Assembly: GCA_965178125.1 (NCBI GenBank)
Contig: OZ237745.1
Span: 186,001-250,000, forward strand
DNA from: Bilabrum cf. latius
Taxonomy: Eukaryota
Length of the DNA: 64,000 bases
Direction of reading: 5' to 3'
A program made the translations under genes and the position numbers. Under the pieces are notes generated by a model that ran no database searches, was not told the DNA's origin, and saw nothing but the letters and a program-made list of their open reading frames with translations. Within the stretch, counting starts at the first letter, position 1. Each line of letters starts with the position of its first letter. Below, in pieces: positions 9,636-20,813 of the stretch.

Positions 9636-12600
9636 ATGGCAGATCACGTTCCTATCGGAGGGAATGTGGGAAAGGGTGGTGCGACTAGCTCTCTTGCCGA
9701 CAAATTAAAAGGGTAGCGCAGCTTGAGGGGTGTTGATGCAGCTCTACACCCGCAATCGAAGAGAGTTTCGCCTGGCAGGCGGTTATATTCAAACCCCACC
9801 AGCACTGCCGTATCTCCCGATAGAGCGTATCCGAGGTCTACATCTCCTTTGCGCTCCCCGAATCGCCCGCCGTAGCTCCCTACGGCGAGCAAAGCCAGCC
9901 CCGAGGCAGCAGGATTCGGTGCCGATCGGCGTCGGAGGCAAAGCAGGGCAGCTGATTGGCGAGCCGTTGGGACGGACAGAGGCGGTGATGCGCCACCACC
10001 GCCCCGTCGTGCCGTCTCTCCCATATCAATCGCATCACCGCAACGAAGCAGGGCTGCTGGACATGAGGGCCATGGCGGTCGAATGGATCACCCACCGAGC
10101 CGGAGCGGCGCAGGTGGTAGACCAAGTGGTGGTAGTGGCAGTGGCAGAGTTGGAGAACGACGAGGCTCTCGCCCAATGGACTCCGAATCGGGAGCGAGGA
10201 GATAGAGCACCCTCCGCTTAGCTGCGGCGGGTCACAGGCGAGGCAGCGGCAATATAAGGCAGGAGGACGAGGACGAGGACGGTGGTCGGAAGCGCAACCA
10301 GGACCGGAGTATTCACCCCATCGGCTCGTAGCATGCACATGCCCAGGATCCAACACTCAGGGAGCGGGCCCTAAGCAGAGAAGCGAGATCCATCAGGGAG
10401 CGCAATCGGGCGGCTGAGGAAGCGACACAGCGGGCACAGGAGGAGAAGGCGTCTCGGCGATAGGCGTACGCAGACGACTTGGAGCGGCAGCAGCAGGAGC
10501 AGCAGCGGCGGCGGGCGCATGAGAAGCGGGAGGTGGCGCGGGGCCCGCCGGGCGGTGGCGGGCTGTCCCTGGGGTCGGCGGATCCATTGGCAGCTCGGGC
10601 GCAGGCGCGGGCCAAGGCAGCGGAGCATGTGGCTGCGGCGTCATCCGCAGCAGGGGCCGGGGCCATAGATAGGGACAGGGACAGGGACAGGGACAGGCGG
10701 CATCGGTCTGATAGGGACAGGGGCAGGGATGGCGGTGGTGGTGATGTTGGTGATATAGGCAGGGGTGCAGGGTCGCACGGTGGGTTTGGCAGCCTGGCTG
10801 TGGAGCCCGATGAGAAGGCGTCTCGGCGATAGGCGTACGCAGACGACTTGGAGCGGCAGCAGCAGGAGCAGCAGCGGCGGCGGGCGCATGAGAAGCGGGA
10901 GGTGGCGCGGGGCCCGCCGGGCGGTGGCGGGCTGTCCCTGGGGTCGGCGGATCCATTGGCAGCTCGGGCGCAGGCGCGGGCCAAGGCAGCGGAGCATGCG
11001 GCTAGCAAACTAGTTCGTGCAGATCGTGGCGGTGGCATTGATCATGCAAGGGTTGGAGCTCCTAGGAGAGCTCGATCGCCTGTGCTTCCTGATGGTGAAG
11101 ATCGGCGGGGGTTAAGTGCTTCGGGGACTCTGCCAGGTGCTGTGCCGGCTGTGTCACCTCCAGCACCCCCAGCAGGTTCAGGAGCTTAGGGTTGGGGCGA
11201 AAGAGACAGCAAGTAGGCTTGGCAGCATGTGCCCGATCGCGTTGGATCGGACGGCATTCGGCACATTCGTGTAGGGAAGCGGATCAACCCGTCGGTCGAT
11301 GCCGATCAAGGTGACGGCGAGCATCGAGGGCTTCGTGAAGCCCGCCAAGATGGGCGAGCCAGACAGGACTGGCGCAGACGCGACGGTCTTTACGACGCAG
11401 TAGGTGAGGTGGATGGCGGAAGTATCAGCCCAAGCCGCGTGCAGCGGAACCGCAAAGATCGAGAGCGAGAGCGGGGTAGTGGCCGCGGGGCCCGCGCACC
11501 TGCCACGTCACCTACCCGCAGCCCAGCCCGTGGGCCCCCTATTCCTGAGGAATACAAAGATGACCTATAGAGGCAGATCGAGGAGCGCAAGCGCAGGGAA
11601 CGGGACGAGAAGGCGGCTCACATCCGCGCGGAGCAGCGCGCCATCCAGGAGAGCGATGCCATGGAGAGGGAGAGGCAAGAGGCCAGCGAGCGAGCAGCGA
11701 GGGAGCGGGCCAGGCAGCAGGCAGAGGCCACGAGGAAGGCGGCCGAGGCGGTGGAAGAAGCGGCTCGCAGGGCCAGGGAGGACAGGGAGAGAAAGGCCAG
11801 GGAACAACGGGAGGCAACCAGGCAGCGGCAGCGACAGCGAGTGGGGTCTGAGCTGTCACCGCCTCGAGGATCCATCGGGGGCGGTGGACACGGCCGGGAT
11901 ATGCACGGGTCCCCCAAGCGCGGCTCGTTCCGGGGCCCTCCTTCAGCGCTGGAGGGATCGGGCTGGGAGGCGCTGTCCCCAAACAGCAGGACCAACAGGA
12001 TGCGAGAGGGGGAGCATGGGCCTGTGCAGGGAGAGGGTTTCTATCCTCGAAGGGACGCGGACTATGCCTCGTTGGATGGTGCCCAGTCCAAGGGCGGTCG
12101 ATCGAGCGGCATGAGTGAACCGGTTCTTGTAGCACCAGGCTCGCTCGCATCGGCTCCAAGGGGTTCTCTTGCAGGTCTGCACGGCGGCATGACGGCCTCG
12201 CAGGCTATGCACAAGCGCGCAATGCAGGAGGAGGCAGCTCGCGTACTGCAGGAGTAGATGGATCTAAAGAAGCAGAAAGAGAAGGACGCGAAGCGCAGGC
12301 AAGAGGAAGAAGACGCGAGGGAAGAGGCAAAGATGCAGCGGGAGAGAGAGATGCTAAAGCAAAAGCACGAGGAGCAGGTCAAGCAGGAGAAAGCCAAGGA
12401 GCAAGCCGAGAGGAAGCGGGCGCTTGACGCGCAGGCAGCCGACATCGCCAGGCGCAAGGCAGCAGAGCTGGCGAGACAGAAGGCGGAGGAAGAGAAAGAA
12501 GAGGCCAGGATCCGTAAAGACCAGGAAGAGATGGCAAAAAAGGCGGAGGCTGAGCGGGAGCGGGAAGCGACAGATAGGAGGATGGCCATTGGGGGCGAGG

Positions 12601-15600
12601 CGAGTGTGAGGGTTGCCGGTCAACCGCCCCCACAAGGCGACCAGCAGCAGCAGCAGCAGCAGAGAGACGAGCAGCACAAGCCGCAGCTAGATAGTCATGA
12701 TACCGAAACCGACAGCCCTGAGAAGCAGCCGTAGCTGAGACGTGGCCTTTTTGACGACGGAAGCCCGATTGAGCGCAGCAATGGCGACGACGGTGGCCGC
12801 AATGGTCCCAGTCCTGCCCCCCTCGCAGTGTCTCGCGGGCCTTCGATTGGCCGCAAACTGGTGGCCGCTGCAGCTCCTCGGGATGACCGAAGCTTGGAAG
12901 ATGGCTCGGGTGAGAGCCAGCTCCGCGGTCCCCGGGAGCAGCACGGCGGCGGCTCCAGCTCCCTTGCCGACCGCCTTCGGGGCAACGCGGGTGCAGCGCC
13001 AGTTGGCATTCATGCGGAACGGCGCGGCACGCCGGAAGGTGCTCCAAGTGATCGACGCTAGACTGGGCGGGGCTTGCAAGGCAACGATGGCACCAAGCCG
13101 GTGGGGCGTGGCCGGGGCGCACTATCGTCTTCTATCGATGGGCCCATTCGGCAGCAGTTCGAAAGGGCTTTCCACGAGGCCCTGGACAAGATGGAAGGAA
13201 CCAGGGTGGGCGCTGCGGACAGAAGGGGTTTCAACGGACGTGATCCATCCCACGGTGGCGCCATGCAGCAGAGGTAGAGGGGGGAATCCGCTGATCGCGC
13301 GGGCAGAGGGCAGCATGAAGCAGAGGAGTCGACGGGAGGCGGGTGGGAGGGTGAGTCCTACGGTAAGCGGATCAGGGAGCTTCTTCGCGACAGCCTGGAA
13401 GGCACGAGTGCCGGAATGGAGCTTGGGCTGCTTGGGGCAGCAGAACGGCGCGGCGCTGGTACCACTGGGACCCACCAACAGACAAGACAGAAGACAGACC
13501 CCCTTGAGCGTTCTATTTTCGGCCGGAGCGACATGGTGCCCGAGGATGAAGACGATCTTGGCAAGCTCGTGGGATATGAGCCTTTCTCCCCTGATGAGCG
13601 CTCCAACGACGGGGCTGACAGCCTGCCTGGGAGGAGCAAGCGTGATCGTGCGACAGAGGGATTCTCTCCGGCGAGACAGGCACCATCGCCGCAGCGGGGA
13701 TCATCCAGTCCTCTCCGCGAATCCCAGGTAGGCCCCCATGGTTCGCCCGCCCTGCAAGCACCTCACACCATCAGCAAAGTAGGAATCGATGCCCGTATGG
13801 ATGGCGCAGATGCAGATGAGTAGACAGTGAGGACCCCAGTGGCGGGACGACTCGATCTGACCGTGTTGCAGGCACCAAGCTTAGAGGGTGAGCACCCTCA
13901 AGGCGGAGAAGTCCTGGATGTCGCCCAGGGCCCGATACGGATGTCACTGGCAGGGTCCTCGAGAATGGTCCTGCCAAAGCAAGGCCTGCAGCACGGCCCG
14001 GAGAGTGCTCGCACATTCTCCTCCTAGCCTACGCAGGGCAGTGGCACCGCTCGATCGAACCAACCTATCAGTAGAGAAGGTATGCGAGCAGACAGGGACG
14101 GCCCTGGTCCAGTCACACGCATGAGAAGGCTCGAAGAGGAGCATAATGAGGGCGAGAGCGCTGACCGTGACACGAAAGCAGTAATGAAACTAAGCCGTGC
14201 TGCGGATGGCTCGAGACGGGACGGCGTGCGCGGTGACGAGGACAATGATGACGACGACATCGAGGAGGAGTCCACGGTGTGGGTGAGTCAGGATGCCGCT
14301 GGGCAGCTAGCCAAAGCAGCGGGTGTGCCTCGGGAGCACCTGATCGTTGGAATCAACCGCGGCGCCGCCTCGCAGGCAATGGACGCGGCCGCCGCCAGCT
14401 AGGCCGAGTATGGTGACATCGACTTTGGAGACTCCCCGACCGCGCAAGCTACCCAGCCAAAGGGCTCCAGAGAGCGTGTGGCTAGCCTCAGCAGTGACAG
14501 CACATCTGAAGGAGATGATCAGAGCTTGGGTGGCCATGATTCCGATGGGCCAATGCAGCTTGACAACAGCATCCAAAGCACTGCGAGCCGTTTGGATGGT
14601 CCCATCTCACCGCCTCCTGGGTCTCCCTCGAAGACGATCAAGCCTGAGGCAGGGCGTGAGCAGAGCAGCCCCTCTGAAGAAGGCCCCGCTGCTGCGAGCT
14701 CGAGTTCTCCAGCCTATTACACGGGGGCAGATCTCGCCGCAGCTGGCAGTCGGCAGGTGGCGGACGACCTGAGCGCCTCTATGCTGTCCATCCTGCGGTC
14801 CATTGAGCGACCCACGAGGGGCGCGAGAACCAACGCAGGCACTGCAGCAGCCCAGAGGAGTCAGGCAGTCGGGTTTGACGGACACCGTGCGAACGCCGAC
14901 CCTATCCTCTCGTCGGACTCAAATGCTGTAGGTATCCTCGAGAAGGAGCCCGGCACCAGCCCGACAGAACCAAGCCAGAGGGACCACCAGTGGCCAGGGC
15001 TCGACGCCGAGTCCCCCAACGCCGCGGCAGAGCGGGCCGCCGATGAGGGGCTCGCCGAGCTTCTCCGGAGAAGCACGCAGCGCCTGCGAGATCTCAAGGA
15101 GGCTGGAGCGTTCGATAGCAGTGAATCAGCAATTGTGGAAGACGATGCATCTGCGGCGGAGGACGACGCTTTGCGGGATGCCAGCAAACGCCTTGGAAAC
15201 GCAAACCGACGTGATGGTGGAGTTGCATCTCGCACGAATGTTGGCACGGATGTGGGGTAGCATGTAGACGAGGACCAGTCTCGAAGGCAGCAGGCAGGCC
15301 ATCCCCACCACCGCCGAGGAGGAGGCGCAGGCACCGCATCTGCTGGCTAGTCCTTCCAGAGCGTGGGATCTTTCGGCACGATTCCAATGGACGTGTCCGC
15401 GTCCAGGTCGGCGATGGACTCCGAGCTGGACTTCGCACCTTGGGCGCAATCCGCGAGGGAGCTAGCAGCCGAGCTGGCAGGGCTTTCTTCTTCGGGCAAG
15501 AATGCACGAAGCATCGGCAGTGGTGCTGCGGCGGCGGGTCACCGTGGAGTTGGCACTGGCTCCAGCCAGGTCTGGGACCAGTCCGGTGCAAGCGATTCCT

Positions 15601-16580
15601 AGGGCGGGAATCCGGTGCATGCACCGAGCGCGCATGATCATCGCTCGGCTCCTACTGGGCGTGTAAGCACGGGAGGAGCTCCTTATTCAAGCTCACTGGA
15701 ACAGCAAGCATCCACGCCTCCCAGAAGGAAGGAGGAGGGTCATGATGTGGAAGTCCATGGGACACCGCAAAATGCAACCTCCAGCCGTGCAATGGGACGC
15801 AGGTCCGCAGAGCTCAAGAGGCCGTTGGAAGGGTCCGACGAGCAAGTGACTTCTTCATGGATGAACCGGCACCGAGCAAGTGCTTCAGAATCGCCCCCTT
15901 CCAGGCCGGCGCACGCCATCCAGCCATCCGTACTGGCTGCTGCATCGCCCCAAAAGGCAACCAACTTGGAGCCTCTCGAATAGTACCACCTTGCGAGCGC
16001 TCGACAGAGCGTGGGGTATAAATACGCCAGCAGTGTAGCAGCCATGGTGGAACGGCCTACGCCCCGGGAGCAGGGGAATCTAACTGCCGTGCTCGGGTCT
16101 TCAGGCGGCCAGCACTGGCTCAAGGGGGGGTTGTCGAGTCCCGTGGCATCGCCATCTCGGCAGAGAGGAGGCAACGCTCCATCTTCTACAGGTTAGCCAA
16201 GTGGCCATGTTACTGATCGCGAAGCGGGCTTTGCTGTGTCGGCGAGTCCAGCGCGTGCAGCCGCAAGCGCAGCTCCGCAGACTCAGTCGCTGAGCAGGGC
16301 TAGCCGAGAAGCCGCGAGAGGTGCCGCCCCATCGACCACTGGTGCAGGTGGTGGTCCGTATCAGCAGGAGCAATCACTGGTCGCTGACAAAAGCACAGGA
16401 CATGGCATCGCTGCAGGCAGGCAGCCCTAGGGTAGGACCAGTGGCCCTTCCCGGCAGCATCCTTCGCGCGCGCTGGAGGGGGTTGTTGGCGGCATCCCTG
16501 CCATGGAGAGGCGGCCGCAGAAGGACCAGCAGCAGGGGCAGCTCAGCTCCAGCAGCAGGATGCTAGTTCCGATCAGCTGA
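9636..16580 (+). CDS. Large low-complexity coiled-coil protein, CCDC66/CSPP1-like segment, ~2314 aa
   Basis: Single frame from ATG 9636 to TGA 16578-16580, interrupted only by ~22 TAG. Charged coiled coils EEYKDDL[TAG]RQIEERKRRE and ARVLQE[TAG]MDLKKQKEKDAKRRQEEEDAREEAKMQREREML resemble CSPP1/CCDC66 repeats. The frame is well supported; the family call is tentative. Confidence 0.7.
10443..10998 (+). repeat. 187-bp intragenic direct duplication
   Basis: 10443-10629 and 10812-10998 appear identical. Offset is 369 nt (in frame) and each copy carries an in-frame TAG. Confidence 0.95.
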
Positions 16581-16740
16581 GCCGCACTTAATGCCTTGCT
16601 GTGACCCTCCGTGGGCAGGTTGGCAGGCACCCCGAAGCCTGCAGCTTGAGTGGCTCATCACATCCGGTCCGCATGCGACTGACGTCGCCCGGCGGATGGG
16701 TTTCAGGCGGCATTCCTGTGGCTGGCAGGGAAACGTTGCA

Positions 16741-19700
16741 ATGAGCTCGCCTGCTTGCTCAACATTTTTGCCTCAATTCTATCGAAAATTCCTCTGTGCA
16801 AACTGTTTTAATGATATTGCCGCGCACTTTCCGGAATCTTGGCAGAAACAGCAGGGTCCCGACGGCGTCGTTTACGTGAACCCAACAAGCGGCCAAAGTA
16901 TCACAGCGAAGGCGTCTTTAGGCACTGGATCTTCAGGGGGGGCATCGCGGGGCTCCAAGGGGAAATGGTAGGCGTTTGGGCGTGCTCACCCAACACCAGG
17001 ATCGGCTCCGCCCCCTTCAGTGGGACCGTCCAGTGGAGCGGGTGTCGATATGCCCTAGCTTCCACCCGGGCAAAGTAATGAAATAGATACCCCGGTTGAA
17101 GTCCCTTCTGTGCCTACGCAGCCTGCGGGGGGCTCAGCAGGAGATGCGCCCAAGGCGGTGCACCGCGAAGCAAGTTCCATGTCGGCAGGCGCAGCAACCG
17201 TAGACGAATAGCTGGATACCGTCCCCGATGAGTTGAATGGAATAACTTCGGGTCCACACATGGGTCCTACGGCTGATCTGGGCGGAGAAATGCCGGTAGA
17301 ACCCGTGTCAGACAAATCAGCCACGCCTGGTGTCGCTCACGACAGCAGCGGATAGCAGGCAATGCCCAACACCCAGCCGGTAGTACCACACCTACATGCG
17401 CTAGATACGGGAGTTTCCGCTGCAATGTCACCCGATGCGCCACTGACGCCCTCTAGGGCGCCCACAACGGGACCGTCGCCGGCAAGCCCGCTACCCGCCG
17501 TCGTCGCGACATCAAACGACATGGAAATTGATCATGACGGCGCGGCAGCTGCCACTAGTGCATTAGCTATCGAGCAACCACCTCCAAAGCCGCGATAGCT
17601 GACTGCCGCGGACCTGCGCGTGCGCTTCTACAACGCCACGGCAGCCATCTACGGCGAGAGGCTGGCTCGCAGACACCTCCGTAGCAGCAACGTAGCGGCA
17701 TCGTTTGCAAGACCCAGTGCGACTAACGCGGGCCCTTTCGCGTTCAGAGTTGGGGCGGATGCTGGTGGGCTGTGGACCGTGGGAAGAGCATGGGCGGGTG
17801 GGTTCAAGTACGGCGGTTTCGTGAAAGGGGAGCTCGACGAGCGACTTGCCAGCGGGCTGGAGTCGGCCGGGGGCGTGGATGGGTCTGGCTGTGGGACGGC
17901 GTACGCCTAGCAGCTGCTGGAGGTGTGCCCTGGATTGCCCCGCCAGATTGCAGACGGGAAGCGAAAGGGGCAGAAGCAGGTGCCCCGGCTTCTTGTGCTC
18001 ACTCCGCACAGCCTGGTGGCTTTGCACCCCCTCGAATCGGAAGGGGGAGCTGGAGGAGGCAGCGCGAGTCCTCGTCCTGATCGCAGCAATGGAATCAAGG
18101 CTGCAAGGGCAGTATTTGCAGGTGGAGCGAGGAGCAAGTCGCCGGCGCGAAGCAAGTCACCAATTCGAGCGTCGGTCGCCGGCCAGGACGACACGTCCAC
18201 AAACGACGCGTGGAGCGAGGGCGACCTGGACGATGAGGAACAGGAGGATGATGAGGAGGGCATGCTGTGCCTTGTGCAGTGGGAGAGATCGCTCTCGTCT
18301 CTCTTCACCACAGAGCAGCTGCCTCCCGCTGGCCTGCACTCGGTTGACCTAGACCCGGTGACTGGTCGCAAGCCCCGCACTGACGTCATCTTGCGGTTCA
18401 GGGCGGAAGGCTGGGACGAACCATACGGGGGTAGGAGATGTCTACGGGCGTGGAGGAGACGGCTCGCCGTGGAGCACGACTTCGACCGGAAGCTCCAGGC
18501 GGCACTATCGGGTGATTCGGGTGACAGGCGTGGGAGCCAGGGCGGCGCTGCAGCAGCCTGCGCTGCGGGGGCTGGCGGTGAAGATCCACCGTCGCCGGCC
18601 GATCAGGCCGCTGCAATCGAAGAGCTGCTAAAGGGCGAACCAGTACAGTAGGAATCCGAAGAGGTTGGGCGGATGGTGGAGGTGGCGGAATGCTCCCAGC
18701 GCGGTTGGCTGCAGAAGAGGCCTTCCAAAGGCGGCTATTTCTCCCGATGGCTGCGAAGATACACTCGTCTGTGCGGGCCGCAGCAGCATCAGGAAGATGG
18801 CCATTCCACCGCGGCAGCAGACGACTACGGCGCGTCGTTCTGCATAGCGTACTCCACTACCGACGTAGTGCCGAAGACCGACGCGGGGACGGGCTTCAAC
18901 CCAGATGCGGAAATTGTCCGTAAGGCGGTGCACGCCGGGAAGGCGCTCTTCCTCACCCCGGGTGGGGTCTCTCGAGTGAGAGGCCAGTGCAGCCACGCGA
19001 GGGTGCGGCCCTACCTGAGCACGAGAGACCCCGAGCCGCTCATCGAGAGGACGCTCAGCCCTGCCGACGAGCTGTCGGCAAGGAAACCAGCCAGGTCCGG
19101 AGGCACAAAGGCTGCCCCTACCCTGCCGCCTCTCAACCCGGACAACATTCGAGTCATCACCTAGGACATGGACAGAGAGTTCCAGCCGGATGGCAACTCC
19201 ACCAGTGGTGGATCAGCAGGACAGGGGTCAGCCGCCACAGCAATGGCCACCTGGCTTGAGGCACTGTGCGCCGTGTAGCAGGCCGGGGCGGAGCGGGTGC
19301 ATGCCCCCATCCGGCTCCACTTTCCGAGCGAGAAAGCAGCCACGTCGTTTCATGACAGGCTGCGTGCCGCGGTCCAGTCGTCAAAGGACGTGCATGCCGC
19401 GGTGCAAGCGATGGCGCAGTCTGCCAGTACACAACCGGCAGCGGCTGCGGCAGGAATTGCTTTGGGTAATGACCCAACCGCGGCGGCATCGTCCTCGATG
19501 CTTGCGGGTCATGCTGCCTCCGTCGGTGCTGCAAGCGGGCAAGACAGGCTCTGGAGATACATTGACGACTTTGGCAGGCAGCAGGGGCCCTTCCCCGAGC
19601 GCAGCATGAAGGCATGGACCCAGGGAGGCTATTTCCACGCAGAGACGCTGGTGCGCTGCGTGACTCCGCCGCAAGGTGTGGACCTGCAGGCTGGCCTCAT

Positions 19701-20565
19701 GCCGGACCAGACGTGCATGCTGCTGCCTCTGCGGGTTCTCTTCCCGGACCCAGAGGCTGCCTTCAACGGGCTTGCTGCGTGGGTTCCCGCCTACAACAAC
19801 GCGGCGCAGTACCAGCTGATGGTAAAGATGGCCACGGAGCTCGGCGGCGATCCGACCCTCGCTGTAGAGAAGGCAATGTACATGCAAGACAACAGCCTGC
19901 CACCAGAGCTCCCCATTCTGTTGGACATTCTGGGCATGCGAGAAGTTGGATCTACGACTGGATCCACCGGCGCGAGCCCGGCTGCCCAGGCTAGCACTGG
20001 CACGAGCAAGTCACCGGCAGGCTCCCCTGGATAGCCGCCCGGAGCAGCGTCTCACGTCCACACCCACAGCGGGCTGCCGCACAGCAGCCCGCTGCTGGGT
20101 CCCGGCGGTCCTGATGCCGCGAGTGCAGCTGCCATCGCTGCCCTTTAGGCAGAGGACGAGCGACTTGCCGGCGGCGTACACGGCCATGGCGGTGGGCATG
20201 CGCCTGCGGACGGCGGTTCGTTTGCGCTTGGGCCCCCGGCCGTCCCTGGGTCCGGCCTGACGCCAGGAGAGACCGCACAGCTACAGGAGGCACTGCGGCT
20301 GTCCAGGATAGAGGCAGGAGCGGGAAACTCGCAGCCCGCCGACAGCGAGACTGGGCAGCTTGCGCAGTCGCAGGACCCGGCACTGTTGGCCGCCATCGCT
20401 GCGTCGACGAGGGGTGAGACCGGTGGTACGGGAGGCACGGGCGGTACCGTGGGCAGCGGCAGCGCTAGTGGTTCACCGGACAAAGGGATGCAGATGACCG
20501 GTGACCCCGACATTGATGCTGCGCTCCGATTGTCCATGACACAAGCTAGTGGGTCGAGCACCTAA
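16741..20565 (+). CDS. Multidomain adaptor: Cys/His zinc-ribbon, WW-like, PH-like, GYF and three UIM-like motifs, ~1274 aa
   Basis: One frame with 11 TAG, ending TAA at 20563-20565. Motifs: CSTFLPQFYRKFLCANCFNDIAAH; PESWQKQQGPDGVVYVNPTSGQS; RGWLQKRPSKGGYFSRWLRRY; LWRYIDDFGRQQGPFPERSMKAWTQGGYF; LQEALRLS, DPALLAAIAAS, DPDIDAALRLS. Confidence 0.8.
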
Positions 20566-20813
20566 ATCGCCAGTATCGGCCAGGGAGAACTGGAACAACA
20601 GTAACATGGGGTAAACATCGCTGACCCGGCTTTCGGGTGCTGTGTGTGCCAGGTGAAACTGTGCCCTGGGACGGGCAAGATGATTGATTCTGCATGCTTT
20701 GCTAGCGCTGTACTTCACGACCATCTTTTTGAGCAAATACCAGTACTACACGAGGCGAAATGGGCGCCAGCACAGCCTAGCTCTGTGCTCTGCGTCCAAA
20801 ACCCCAATCCCAG

